A stretch of 47,628 nt of DNA from an uncultured Pirellulaceae bacterium (GCA_964510005.1 CAZDZX010000001.1:9926-57553), one strand, 5' to 3'. Positions 7,911 to 18,026 are shown, counted from the first letter of the stretch. Notes: generated by a model not told the origin, from the letters alone. Translations and numbers: made by a program.

Positions 7911-9641
7911 CTAGTTTTGATCCAGATTGCCGCTTTTGCGAATCGACCAAGCCAAGCGCAATCCCATAATCAGGCTGGCAATGCATCCCATCATTCCTAA
8001 GACGGATAGATCCTGAATCCCCAAAGGGCCGCTGCCCGGGAAGATCAGCGGGGGAACTTTAAAGCTGAGCATCAGCGAGGAACCGAGAAATAAGGCACTG
8101 GTCATCAACCCCATCACCAATCGGTTGGCGGTCGGGCCCAGTCGCCGGTGGTCGAGCTTGATATCGAAACTTCCGGTCTGCACTTGCTCTAAGATGTTGG
8201 ACACCCGCTGGGGAAGCTTTTCAACGAGTCGCTCCAGCTCCAGGTAAAACCGCCTCATCTTTCGTGCTTGTCGAGCCGGCGAGAGTCGCTTGATCACCAG
8301 CATCCGCTGAAACGGCTTCATGATTTCCATCAGGCTGAATTCAGGTGACAGCAATCTGCCTGTGCCTTCCAACGAAACCAGCGTTTTGATCAGCATCGAT
8401 GCTTCGCCAGGCAGCACGATATTGTAGCGCCGGACCAGTTCCACAAAATCGTTGAGGGCACTTCCCATGTCAAAACGGGACGCGACCTGAGTCGAGTACT
8501 GGCCGACAAAATCAGCGACGTCGTTGGCCAGTTCGGATTCGTTCAGATCGCTCGGGCAGCGTCCCACGCGTTTAATCAATGTGGTCAGCATCGGGACGTC
8601 TTCATTAACGATCGCCATCAGCATCGACTCGATGTCTTCGCGGAGCCGTTCGCTGATCCGGCCCACCATGCCGAAATCAACAAGTCCAATGGCTCCGTCG
8701 GACATGGCCAGCATGTTTCCCGGGTGTGGGTCGGCGTGATAGAAGCCATGCTGAAAGATCATTTCCAGATACAAGTTCGCGCCGCGCTGGGCCAGATCGG
8801 ACGCATCCACAGGACAGGCTTCCGATTGATAACAATCAAGGCTGACACCGTCGAGCAGTCGCATCGTCAGCATTCGAGTCCCCGATAGCCGGCCAAAGGG
8901 TTCGGGGATTTCGATTTCCTGCTTGTCGGCGAAAATCGTGCGAAACTGCCTGATGTTGTTCAACTCGCGCTCGAAGTCTAGCTCGCGCCGCATTGTCCGC
9001 GACATCTCGGCCACGATCTTCGTTGGCTGGTAATTTTTGAAATCATCCAAGCGTTCGGCCAACTGAGCGAGTCCCGCCAGAATATCTAAGTCGGTTTCCA
9101 CGGCCCGCTCGATGCCTCGATGGCGGACTTTGACCACGACCTCGACGACTTCCTCTTCGGAGCCCGGATCGTCTCCCAACCAAGCATTATCACGAGAGAT
9201 CTTCGCGAGGTGGGCTTGGCCGATCGAGGCAGAGGCAAATGGCTTGGGCTCGAATTCTAGGAACAGTTCTTCCAGCGGTTCGCCCTGTTCGGCCTCGATG
9301 ATATCTTTGACGTATTCAAACGGATCCGCGGGCGCCTGCGACTGCAGCTTCGTTAATTCGCCCGCCAATTCGGCGCCGATCAAGTCGGGTCGGGTACTGA
9401 GCAGCTGCCCGAATTTGATAAAGGTCGGGCCCAGTTCGGTCAACGCAGACCGGATTCGCTTCGCCTGCGTGGCTTTGGCAAGGACTTCGCCGTCGGCGTT
9501 TTTAATGCGATCCGAGATGAACTCGATGTTGAATCGTGATAGCCAACCCGCCAGCCCATACTTGCTTAGCACGGAAACAATTTCCGTCCACCGCATGGCG
9601 TTTCGATAAAGTTGGGGAATTGACGGGATAGACCGCTTCAT
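7911..9641 (-). CDS. ubiB: ABC1/AarF/UbiB-family atypical kinase
   Basis: LGPTFIKFGQLLSTRPDL, ASASIGQAH, VVVKV, YHADPHPGN and DFGMVG; two C-terminal TMs. Family-level call. Confidence 0.9.
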   Translation of the reverse strand: MKRSIPSIPQLYRNAMRWTEIVSVLSKYGLAGWLSRFNIEFISDRIKNADGEVLAKATQAKRIRSALTELGPTFIKFGQLLSTRPDLIGAELAGELTKLQSQAPADPFEYVKDIIEAEQGEPLEELFLEFEPKPFASASIGQAHLAKISRDNAWLGDDPGSEEEVVEVVVKVRHRGIERAVETDLDILAGLAQLAERLDDFKNYQPTKIVAEMSRTMRRELDFERELNNIRQFRTIFADKQEIEIPEPFGRLSGTRMLTMRLLDGVSLDCYQSEACPVDASDLAQRGANLYLEMIFQHGFYHADPHPGNMLAMSDGAIGLVDFGMVGRISERLREDIESMLMAIVNEDVPMLTTLIKRVGRCPSDLNESELANDVADFVGQYSTQVASRFDMGSALNDFVELVRRYNIVLPGEASMLIKTLVSLEGTGRLLSPEFSLMEIMKPFQRMLVIKRLSPARQARKMRRFYLELERLVEKLPQRVSNILEQVQTGSFDIKLDHRRLGPTANRLVMGLMTSALFLGSSLMLSFKVPPLIFPGSGPLGIQDLSVLGMMGCIASLIMGLRLAWSIRKSGNLDQN

Positions 9642-9735
9642 ACCTCTATTGTATTCCTAAATACGAGACGCGGATAGCATTTCCTGATACCATAGTAAGC
9701 TGAGCATGCGTTTTTGGTCGATTCAGCGGATTGAT

Positions 9736-10899
9736 ATGAACAGGTTGATTCTAATTCTTGTAGTGGGCTTCGCTTCGTTTTGCGTTTCGCCGGCTTTTGC
9801 AGACGACGGAGCACCGATTGCAGTGCGACATTGGGGCGATGGACAAATCACCATCGAAACGATGTGGGGCTACCACGTTGGCCTAGGAGTTCAAAAGGAA
9901 ACGGAATCCAAACTCCCGTCAAAAGTCGACATTGAGATGTCGTCCAAGACCGCGGCCGAAGATTCAACGGCGCTTTTGAGAAAACCGAACGAAGACAAGG
10001 TCTCGTTGATTTCGCCCAAGGATATGGACTCGGCTGAAAAACGAGCCTGCGTTTGCAACGTGATCACCCCTCCGACGGATACTGCAGAATCGGGGCTTAT
10101 TGTTGGGCATGAATTGCGGGTCGACGGCGCCATCATCCTCGATCTCAACCAGGGCAACCCTGCTGAAATTGCCGCTCACGTCCTCGTCAGAAAGAAAGAA
10201 CCTCATCTATTGGTGATTGCGAACGCCCCAGCTTTCACGGCCGAGGTTTGCCAGAGCATATCTGCAAAACTCAAACCAGCCATGATGATTGTTCCTGAGA
10301 GCATGGCGACCGTTGGCGACGCCCAGGTCAAAAAAGTCGCTCACAACACGGTCTGCTTTTCCTCTTCCAAAGACAAAAAGGGAAAAACAACATTCGTGTC
10401 ACTGGGTAGCAAGCCCTACAAATTCTCTGCAGAACTGGAGGCACTGATGTTGGCCAAAGAGAAATCATGCAAGGCTTCACGAGCACTGTTTGCCAGTTTG
10501 TCGATCGAGCAAATGAATTTCAAACCCTCCAACGGAACCCATACACCTCGCTGGAACACCGAGCACATGATGGGGCGGGAATTGCTGTTCTTTTCGCAGA
10601 TTTATCACGCCGTTGACCCGTCAATTCCCGTGATGAACCTCAATCCCAAGCAAATGCCCAAAGACTATCAATTTGCCCATCCTGACTGGACAGGAACCGA
10701 GGAAGCTCGGCAAACAGAACGGGTAGAAAAATATACCCGACGATTTGGGTATCTACTGGATGGCCTCCCGCTGGGTAGACGCGCTCCGGGAAGTCGCTCA
10801 TGGTCGCCAAAATCGTTATTAAAACAGATGGAACGACATTACACTGAACACACCGCCAACGTCCGCAAGAAGATGAATCTGGACGAATGGCCACAGTAA
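9736..10899 (+). CDS. Exported protein with C-terminal DinB/YfiT-superfamily domain
   Basis: Signal peptide (MNRLIL...PAFA-DD); C-terminal HTPRWNTEH ... QMERHYTEH His triad pattern; N-terminal half weakly resembles a metallo-beta-lactamase fold without HxHxDH. Confidence 0.7.
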   Translation: MNRLILILVVGFASFCVSPAFADDGAPIAVRHWGDGQITIETMWGYHVGLGVQKETESKLPSKVDIEMSSKTAAEDSTALLRKPNEDKVSLISPKDMDSAEKRACVCNVITPPTDTAESGLIVGHELRVDGAIILDLNQGNPAEIAAHVLVRKKEPHLLVIANAPAFTAEVCQSISAKLKPAMMIVPESMATVGDAQVKKVAHNTVCFSSSKDKKGKTTFVSLGSKPYKFSAELEALMLAKEKSCKASRALFASLSIEQMNFKPSNGTHTPRWNTEHMMGRELLFFSQIYHAVDPSIPVMNLNPKQMPKDYQFAHPDWTGTEEARQTERVEKYTRRFGYLLDGLPLGRRAPGSRSWSPKSLLKQMERHYTEHTANVRKKMNLDEWPQ

Positions 10900-10950
10900 A
10901 CGCGACTCACTTCCACCTCCACGCTCCCCTGCCTCGAACCCGTTGAATCT

Positions 10951-12237
10951 ATGAAACAGATTCCCCTCGCCGCGATCTACGTTGCTCTTTTGCTTCTGAT
11001 GCAAAATCAAGGACATTCCCAAGACTGGCCTCAGTGGCGAGGCCCAGAGCTCAATTCGGTTGCCAGTTCTGACAACCAAATCGTCGACGAACTCAGCAAG
11101 GATTCGTTGCTATGGAGCCTTCCATTGGAGAGTGCCGCCGGATCCAGCCCTGTCGTTGCGGGTAACAGAATCTTCATGACTTCTGTAGACAAAGATAACG
11201 CGCTGGTGGTCATCTGCGTCAAAACCGATGAGGGCACCATCGAGTGGAAAAAAACCGTTGAAGGACGCCATAAACCCACACGACCGCGAGATGGAAACAC
11301 CGCCAACAATTCGCCCATCACCGATGGCAAGCACCTTTGGACGATGTTTGGAAACGGCCAAATCAATTGCTTCACAGTTGCCGGGGAACCTGTCTGGGAC
11401 AAAAACCTACAGGACAGCTATAACAAATTCGAAATCATGTTTGGTATGTCCACGACTCCAGTACTCTACGACGATCAGTTATTCTTTGCGTTGATACACG
11501 GCAAACGGAAGAGCTCTGAAACCTCGGTCGGAAAACTTGTTTCGCTCGACGCGAAGACAGGCAAAGAACGATGGGTCAGTTCACGAAAAACTGACGCGAC
11601 GCAAGAAAACAAACATGTCTACGCCTCCCCGGTGATCGATGCGTCGGGTCAGCAGCCTCAATTGATCGTCCACGGAGCCGACTACACCACCGGGCACTCG
11701 CTGAAAAACGGTAAAGAGCTTTGGAAAGTCGGCGGTATCAATCCCAAAGACTCCTACAACAAAACACTTCGGTTGGTCTCCTCGCCGGCGGTTGCCAACG
11801 GGTGGATCATTGTTCCGACGGCCAAGCGCGGACCAGTTCTTGGATTGAAGAGCGGACAGGCCAAACGCGATTCGGAAACGGCGGATTGGCAAAGCCCCAA
11901 AATCACTCCCGATGTTTCATCACCGGTGATTCACAACGACCGAATTTTCCTCGCCAGAGAGAATGGGACATTGGCCTGCTTGGATCTGCAAACCGGGCGA
12001 AAACTAAAAGAGAAACGGTACATGCCCGATAAACATCGATCGACTCCGATAGCGATCGACGGCAAACTGGTCCTAGTTGATCGCAAAGGAAAGGTGATCA
12101 TGGTCAAAGCCGACGAATCCCTGAAGGAACTTTCCTCGTTTGAGCTCAAAGAAGAAACGATCGCATCCCCGGCGATTGCCAACCACAAAATTTTCATCCG
12201 CACCTACAAAGGCCTGCACGCATTTGGGAACAAATAG
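10951..12237 (+). CDS. PQQ-binding-like beta-propeller protein (BamB-like, planctomycete-expanded family)
   Basis: Signal peptide, DWPQWRGP, repeated SSPV/STP blades and LDAKTGKERW tryptophan-docking motifs. Confidence 0.92.
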   Translation: MKQIPLAAIYVALLLLMQNQGHSQDWPQWRGPELNSVASSDNQIVDELSKDSLLWSLPLESAAGSSPVVAGNRIFMTSVDKDNALVVICVKTDEGTIEWKKTVEGRHKPTRPRDGNTANNSPITDGKHLWTMFGNGQINCFTVAGEPVWDKNLQDSYNKFEIMFGMSTTPVLYDDQLFFALIHGKRKSSETSVGKLVSLDAKTGKERWVSSRKTDATQENKHVYASPVIDASGQQPQLIVHGADYTTGHSLKNGKELWKVGGINPKDSYNKTLRLVSSPAVANGWIIVPTAKRGPVLGLKSGQAKRDSETADWQSPKITPDVSSPVIHNDRIFLARENGTLACLDLQTGRKLKEKRYMPDKHRSTPIAIDGKLVLVDRKGKVIMVKADESLKELSSFELKEETIASPAIANHKIFIRTYKGLHAFGNK

Positions 12238-12360
12238 GCAGATTCTCGGGGGACACGAATCCCGCCTCGACCGGGTCCACCCCCCGGCACGGGTGCCTCT
12301 GCAGTGGCGGCAGGCATGTTACAATGGACACCTCGTCCTCTAGTCGCGTTTGAAAGAACT

Positions 12361-13020
12361 TTGAGCAACAAGCCTGTTTCTGATTCAAAAATCCCCAAGG
12401 CCGTGATCGCGAGGCTGAGTCTATACCTGCGCGAAATGCAGCAGCTTGTCCGGGAAGAGACATTCACCATTAGTTCGACAAAACTCGGGCGCCGATTGGG
12501 ATTCACGGCCTCGCAGGTCCGCAAGGATTTGGCTTATTTTGGCCAGTTTGGATACCCGGGAATCGGCTACAAATGTGAGGAACTGGTTGCCGAGATTAAG
12601 AAGATTTTGGGAACGGATCGAATCTGGCCCGTCGTACTGGTGGGTTGTGGAAATCTGGGTCAAGCCCTGCTGGGTTACCGCGGCTTTTCGACACAGGGCT
12701 TCAAAGTCGTGGCTGCGGTCGACGTTGACGATTCGGTCGTCGGCAAAGAGATCGAAGGATTGAAGATAGCACACCTGCGGACGCTGCCCGATTTGGTTGA
12801 ATCGCTGCAGGTCAAAGTCGCGATGCTGGCAGTTCCAGCCAAAGCGGTGGAAGCCGCGGTAGATCAAATTGTTGAAGCGGGAATCGTTGGAATCCTCAAT
12901 TTTGCCCCCGTCACTCTCACGCTCCCCAAGCACGTCGGGCTGGTCGAAGTCGATTTGGCTCGCGAACTGGAGCAATTGGCGTTTGCAGTGTTGCAAAATT
13001 CGCAAAATTCAGACCGTTAA
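12361..13020 (+). CDS. rex: Redox-sensing transcriptional repressor Rex
   Basis: IPKAVIARLSLYLR, QVRKDLAYFGQFG, Rossmann VGCGNLGQAL and ILNFAP; start taken at TTG 12361 (uncertain). Confidence 0.95.
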   Translation: MSNKPVSDSKIPKAVIARLSLYLREMQQLVREETFTISSTKLGRRLGFTASQVRKDLAYFGQFGYPGIGYKCEELVAEIKKILGTDRIWPVVLVGCGNLGQALLGYRGFSTQGFKVVAAVDVDDSVVGKEIEGLKIAHLRTLPDLVESLQVKVAMLAVPAKAVEAAVDQIVEAGIVGILNFAPVTLTLPKHVGLVEVDLARELEQLAFAVLQNSQNSDR

Positions 13021-13181
13021 AGCCCTACTCTCACGGTTTTCGTCCGTTGTTTTTTTCGTAGTTGTTGACTAACATAATTCCCGGTTTTTAAAAATAAGTC
13101 GCCCATTGCGAGTCCGCAACTCGGCTTTTTGATGATTTCGTCGCAGTCGCGACACAACGCCAAAAACAGAGGAGAAAACTC

Positions 13182-14534
13182 GTGGCAAGTGTAGATAAAC
13201 AAGTCGAAAGACTCCCTTACAAAGTCAAAGACATTTCATTGGCCGAATTCGGCCGAAAAGAAATCCAATTGGCCGAAAACGAAATGCCAGGTTTGATGGC
13301 ACTTCGTGAGAAGTACGGCGAATCCAAGCCTCTCACCGGAGCACGGATTGCGGGCTGTCTTCACATGACGATCCAGACAGCTGTGCTGATCGAAACACTC
13401 GTTGCCCTCGGCGCCGAAGTGACTTGGAGTAGCTGCAACATCTTCAGCACCCAAGACCACGCTGCGGCGGCCATCGCTGCTGCCGGCATTCCCGTTTACG
13501 CTTGGAAAGGCATGAGCGACGAAGAGTTCAATTGGTGCATCGAGCAAACACTTTCTTTCCCATCGGGAGAGCCATTGAACATGATCTTGGACGACGGTGG
13601 TGACCTCACCGCGATGGTTCACGACAACTTCCCAGAGATGCTGACCAACGTCGTTGGAATCAGTGAAGAGACCACTGCCGGCGTCCACCGCCTTGAGCAG
13701 TTGGTCAAAACAAACGCTCTGAAAGTTCCTGCGATCAACATCAACGACAGCGCCACGAAAAGCAAGTTCGACAACCTTTACGGTTGCCGCGAGTCGCTGG
13801 CCGACGGCGTCAAGCGTGCCACAGATGTCATGCTGGCCGGTAAAGTCGCTGTTGTTTGTGGCTACGGCGATGTTGGTAAGGGCTGTGCCCACAGCCTGCG
13901 AAGCTACGGCTGCCGCGTGATCGTTACTGAGATCGATCCAATCAACGCTCTTCAGGCTGCGATGGAAGGTTTCGAAGTCACGAACATGGAAGAGGCTTGC
14001 AAAGAAGGTCGTCTGTACGTGACCACCACGGGCAACAAGGACATCATCCTTGGCGAGCACATGGTCCACATGCCTGACGATGCAATCCTTTGTAACATCG
14101 GCCACTTCGATACTGAAATCGACGTCGCATGGGTTGAAGCTCAAGTCGAAGCTGGCAAAGCTGAGAAGAGCGAGATCAAGCCTGCGGACATCGGTGCCGT
14201 TGAGCGTTACACGTTCAAAGACTCTGGACGCAGCATCATCATTCTGGCCAAAGGCCGCTTGGTGAATCTTGGTTGTGCTACAGGCCACCCAAGCTTCGTG
14301 ATGAGTACTTCGTTCACCAACCAAGTTCTGGCACAGCTGGAGCTTTGGGAGAACCGTGACAACGATAAGTACGCTGTCGAAGTTTACATGCTTCCTAAGA
14401 TTCTTGACGAAGAAGTGGCTCGACTTCACCTTGATAAAATCGGCGTTAAGCTGACTCAACTGACTCAAGAGCAAGCCGACTACATTAACGTTCCAGTGGA
14501 AGGCCCTTACAAGCCAGATCACTACCGCTACTAA
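13182..14534 (+). CDS. ahcY: Adenosylhomocysteinase
   Basis: [56 protein letters not shown] and C-terminal [10 protein letters not shown]; GAGGAG RBS; strongly biased codons. Confidence 0.99.
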   Translation: MASVDKQVERLPYKVKDISLAEFGRKEIQLAENEMPGLMALREKYGESKPLTGARIAGCLHMTIQTAVLIETLVALGAEVTWSSCNIFSTQDHAAAAIAAAGIPVYAWKGMSDEEFNWCIEQTLSFPSGEPLNMILDDGGDLTAMVHDNFPEMLTNVVGISEETTAGVHRLEQLVKTNALKVPAININDSATKSKFDNLYGCRESLADGVKRATDVMLAGKVAVVCGYGDVGKGCAHSLRSYGCRVIVTEIDPINALQAAMEGFEVTNMEEACKEGRLYVTTTGNKDIILGEHMVHMPDDAILCNIGHFDTEIDVAWVEAQVEAGKAEKSEIKPADIGAVERYTFKDSGRSIIILAKGRLVNLGCATGHPSFVMSTSFTNQVLAQLELWENRDNDKYAVEVYMLPKILDEEVARLHLDKIGVKLTQLTQEQADYINVPVEGPYKPDHYRY

Positions 14535-14555
14535 GATCGGACGCGTCTGAAAAAC

Positions 14556-14589
14556 AAAAAGCCACCGTTTTTACACGGTGGCTTTTTTT
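14556..14589. terminator. Bidirectional intrinsic terminator
   Basis: AAAAAGCCACCGT-loop-ACGGTGGCTTTTTTT between convergent ahcY and tadE-like genes. Confidence 0.88.
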
Positions 14590-14626
14590 GTTTCTAAATT
14601 GTTGGCGTTGGCCTGTGAGCCGAACC

Positions 14627-15031
14627 TTACAACGCTTCGCGACTCAATTCGCAAGTGGCGCGAAACGTCGGATCGCCGACAACGTAGGCCGGAATGGACG
14701 TGTTTCCGCGGAAAGGAACAGCGATATCGACTCGCACGTTTTCAGTCGTCGGACCAAAGTCCTCTGGCGTGACTGTGATTTCAAAATCACTAACACCCAC
14801 GGAACCCAAAATGAACGCGGCTGAATCGAAAATCCGCTCCTCGGTTGTACCGGGAAGAATACCGACTCTGGCTCCTTCATAGGCTGCACTCTCAATCGCA
14901 TGACGAATCATGTTGGCTCTGGAAAGCTCATAGAGTGAAAACATCGTCAGAAATAGAATCGGAAGACAGATTGCAACTTCGACGGTCAAAGCACCGCGAC
15001 GTTTCGATTTTACGTTTCGATTATTTTTCAT
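14627..15031 (-). CDS. TadE/TadG-family pseudopilin
   Basis: Basic leader, KRRG|ALTVEVAICLP prepilin site, AAYEGARVG. Confidence 0.9.
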   Translation of the reverse strand: MKNNRNVKSKRRGALTVEVAICLPILFLTMFSLYELSRANMIRHAIESAAYEGARVGILPGTTEERIFDSAAFILGSVGVSDFEITVTPEDFGPTTENVRVDIAVPFRGNTSIPAYVVGDPTFRATCELSREAL

Positions 15032-15081
15032 ATTAGGCTCGGTCTAAAATTTTTGGATGGGCGTGTCAGCGAAACGATCGA

Positions 15082-16134
15082 CTACTCGATCAACAAAACA
15101 GCTAACTGACGAGCAATCAATTCGAATGCTTCGACCAACTCTTCGTTTGTTTCAGCGTGCAAGTGAGTTCCACCTGTGCTCTCGGCGACTTCTCGCATCA
15201 AGTCCTGGTTGGCTCCATCGCTAAATGTGACGGTGTGAACCGTGATCCCTTGGGCAGCGGCTTCCAACGCGATCACGTCCGGAGAAACTCCAGTGTTGTG
15301 CTGACCGTCGGTCATCACGACCATCGACTTCAGTGCGAAAGGTCGTGAACCGGGGTCGTTCTGAATCGAATCCAGTCCCGTGGCAAGGCCCCGTCCGATG
15401 GCCGTGTTACCATTAGGACTCTCTGCAGCAAACGCGTTGCGAACCAACTCAAAGTCTTGAGTCACCGGCTGGATCTGTCGATCCGTTGTGCTGTAAACGG
15501 TCAGGGCAACGGCTTCGTCTTGAGGGGTGGCGTCCAGAATGCCTAGGAATACATCCAAAGCGTTTTGGAGGGCGCCGAATCGGTTGTCGATTATCATCGA
15601 TTTTGAAACATCCAACACCAAACCGATGTCACGGTCACTACGAGCAGCGACTGCGGTTTGCACAGGATCAAAATCGGTCACACCAAACAGGGGACCAAAC
15701 AAGAGCCCAACATTTCCATCAGGAGAGTCAGCGGTTCTTCTTCCGTTGACGCGAACGGCGTTCAGGATCCCGCCACGACCTGCATTTTCAGAGAAAGCAA
15801 AGGTTCCGTCGGCTTGCAGTTCAGCGGTTCCCAAAATAACGTCCGATCGTTCAATCGTCAGATCAATTCCGGCAACGCGATTCATGTTGGCGATGGCGAC
15901 GGCTGCATCAATGGCGGCTTCAGCATTTTGCTCGCGTCCGAGTGCCTCAACAGCGGCTCGGGCAGCAGCGTCAGTTGCCGTTCTCAATTCACTTCGTGTC
16001 ACGTGCATCCGAGCAATATCAACACCCAAAGAGGCGGCAATAAACAGGAAGATCATGACGACAGCAATGATGGGCAACATGGCTCCGTCGCGTTGCTGAG
16101 CTGCGACGGATTTTTGGCGAGAATGGTATAACAT
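15082..16134 (-). CDS. TadG-like pseudopilin with vWA domain
   Basis: QRDG|AMLPII TM helix, ELRTATDAAARAA, MIDAS motif DVSKS, T(AIGRGL) and MTDG. Confidence 0.9.
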   Translation of the reverse strand: MLYHSRQKSVAAQQRDGAMLPIIAVVMIFLFIAASLGVDIARMHVTRSELRTATDAAARAAVEALGREQNAEAAIDAAVAIANMNRVAGIDLTIERSDVILGTAELQADGTFAFSENAGRGGILNAVRVNGRRTADSPDGNVGLLFGPLFGVTDFDPVQTAVAARSDRDIGLVLDVSKSMIIDNRFGALQNALDVFLGILDATPQDEAVALTVYSTTDRQIQPVTQDFELVRNAFAAESPNGNTAIGRGLATGLDSIQNDPGSRPFALKSMVVMTDGQHNTGVSPDVIALEAAAQGITVHTVTFSDGANQDLMREVAESTGGTHLHAETNEELVEAFELIARQLAVLLIE

Positions 16135-16204
16135 AAATTTACCTGGGCTGTGGGTTCAAAAATTTTGGCGGGAAGCAGGCTTTCTTTTTTGGAAGTAGCG
16201 GGTG

Positions 16205-16615
16205 TTACTCTTTCACCATCGTGGCCGAAGCGGAAACGGTACGATTGAGGAAAGGACCAAAGGGAAATAAGCTGTTTTCATCTCCGGGTGCGAAAATCGA
16301 AACCGTGATGATCTCACCGGGAGCCAAATCGTCCGTATTTTGCGGCTCAACTTGGATCGTGAAATTTTCCAAACTGCGACCATTAGCAACCTGAGTGGCT
16401 GCGTTGACCGCTTGTTCAGTTGTGTTACCTGGTCGGACTGCGACTTTGGCACCTTCGTATGCAGACTGCACAAGTGCTTGACGCAAGAACAACATGCTGG
16501 ATGCTTCGATCGATCCAAGAACGATCAGCAGGATGACGGGTAGGCAAACTGCGAACTCGACAACTGCAGCGCCTTTCCGTTGGGAATTCGTTGGGCGGCG
16601 GTTCATTCGTCTCAT
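16205..16615 (-). CDS. TadE-family pseudopilin
   Basis: Start MRRMNRR at 16615; RKG|AAVVEFAVCLP and SAYEGAKVA. Confidence 0.9.
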   Translation of the reverse strand: MRRMNRRPTNSQRKGAAVVEFAVCLPVILLIVLGSIEASSMLFLRQALVQSAYEGAKVAVRPGNTTEQAVNAATQVANGRSLENFTIQVEPQNTDDLAPGEIITVSIFAPGDENSLFPFGPFLNRTVSASATMVKE

Positions 16616-16667
16616 TTTGGTGGCTCCTTCAAGGATGTGGGTTTGGGCGATAGGAAGGAAGGATGGA

Positions 16668-17141
16668 CTAGCGAGTCTCAACGCCAGACTTTTGCAGTTG
16701 GTCCTTGAGACGAGCAATTTCGGTTTTCTGCGTTTCAACGAGGTCTGCGACGGCGTTGTATTCGTCAGCCATATCTGACCAGAAGTCGTTGCCACGGAAT
16801 TTGCAATGCTCGGTGTTCTCTTCTTTTCCAAGCTGCTTCAAGTGGCGACGAAGGCGTCCAACAGGACCAACGAAGCGGTTACTGAAACGGACCGTGTCCA
16901 GCAAAAATGCAGGAAACAGGCAAACCATGACGATACCGACGAGCGTGAACTCACCGGCTTCTTTAACGATTCGCTGTCCCAGTGTGGCTTCATCGGGACC
17001 GCCCAACAGGGCTTGCAGTAGGATGATCGCCATCGCAGTGACTGCGAAAAAAGCAAGCCAATGGAAGACGATACGCTTCAGCAGCGCCCCTTGGACTTGG
17101 GTATCAACGTAGTTTTGAGTTCTTTTGTGATTTTGGTTCAT
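16668..17141 (-). CDS. Small two-TM membrane protein with HAMP-like C-terminus
   Basis: Two hydrophobic helices, then SNRFVGPVGRLRRHLKQL...FRGNDFWSDMADEYN and a coiled coil; first gene of the tad-like run. Confidence 0.75.
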   Translation of the reverse strand: MNQNHKRTQNYVDTQVQGALLKRIVFHWLAFFAVTAMAIILLQALLGGPDEATLGQRIVKEAGEFTLVGIVMVCLFPAFLLDTVRFSNRFVGPVGRLRRHLKQLGKEENTEHCKFRGNDFWSDMADEYNAVADLVETQKTEIARLKDQLQKSGVETR

Positions 17142-17513
17142 CTGAAATTTCCTCTAGGCGGATTTGCCAGGCGCGTCGAGCCTGTGAAGGGGGTTCTGTA
17201 ACGCTTACTGAAAATATGCCACATTTCCGGGGAGCGACTGAACCTTCCTTCTATTTTGCCAAAGATATTCAACCCGTCCGGCAGTCACAGAATGCCTGAC
17301 TGGCACAACTGATTCAGCACGAACATCCGACTGTTGCCAAAACGCATCAAACGTGGCGAAATCGAAACGAATGTGTGGAAAGGACCGGCCAGACCAAAGG
17401 TCCGTCCTTTTCCAGATGTTTCACTGATAGCGTTCTGCCACCAGCGAATGAAGACTCCAACCCAGTGATTCCGATGACTTAGACATCTTCAATATTTTTT
17501 CCAGGTGTTTGGA

Positions 17514-18026
17514 ATGAGTCTTAGTTTCGGCGTCTATCTCGTAGAACAGCGAATTGTCTCTCCCGAGCAATTCTGTGGATTGGTCAAAATTCAGCAGGAG
17601 TCAACACGATCGTTGGCCTCCCTCTCGATCAAGCACAACATCCTGACCATTAAACAGGTCTCCCGCCTTCAGGATATTGCCAAGGTACGCAGAATCAGTT
17701 TTCTGGACATTGGCATTGAAGAAAAATTGCTCGACCGGGATGACTGCAATCGTCTGGCTCGACTGCAAGAGCAAACGGGTGCCTCCATCCGCGTTCTGGC
17801 TGTCGATTGTGGATTGCTGACGCAGCGACAGTGCGAGGTCCTCTACAACCACTTCTTGCGACACGGATCGCGACCTGTTTCGATGTCCAAGCGACCTGCG
17901 ACGGCGCGACCTGCTCCCAAACAAAAGCAGAAAACGGGCGCGACCCCGAAAAGGACAGTTCCAGCTCCCAAGCCAAAATTCCGCAAGTCTCCGCTTATCT
18001 CGACCCCCGAAAACGCTCGCAGATAA
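17514..18026 (+). CDS. Hypothetical protein of four 29-aa MshEN-like helical repeats with a basic Pro-rich tail
   Basis: Repeats start at residues 4, 33, 62 and 91 (SFGVYLVEQRIVSPEQF..., SLASLSIKHNILTIKQV..., SFLDIGIEEKLLDRDDC..., SIRVLAVDCGLLTQRQC...). Confidence 0.72.
   Translation: MSLSFGVYLVEQRIVSPEQFCGLVKIQQESTRSLASLSIKHNILTIKQVSRLQDIAKVRRISFLDIGIEEKLLDRDDCNRLARLQEQTGASIRVLAVDCGLLTQRQCEVLYNHFLRHGSRPVSMSKRPATARPAPKQKQKTGATPKRTVPAPKPKFRKSPLISTPENARR

Noticed and set aside
12238-12310. GC-rich hairpins upstream of rex as a riboswitch or ncRNA
   Set aside because: Stems are short and overlapping, with no match to SAH, SAM, SRP or tRNA motifs I can recognise; an Rfam scan would settle it
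13021-13181. Rex operator or SAH riboswitch before ahcY
   Set aside because: Best candidate TTGTTGACTAACATAATT fits TTGTGAA-N4-TTCACAA poorly; no GAGGAGCG...AGGCTC riboswitch core
13236-14522. 428-aa antisense ORF inside ahcY
   Set aside because: Shadow ORF in register with a highly codon-biased gene; no recognisable motifs
17376-17414. Hairpin TGGAAAGGAC...GTCCTTTTCCA as a c-di-GMP riboswitch
   Set aside because: Lacks the GEMM GGCAAA / GCAAAG two-hairpin signature; a single stem only
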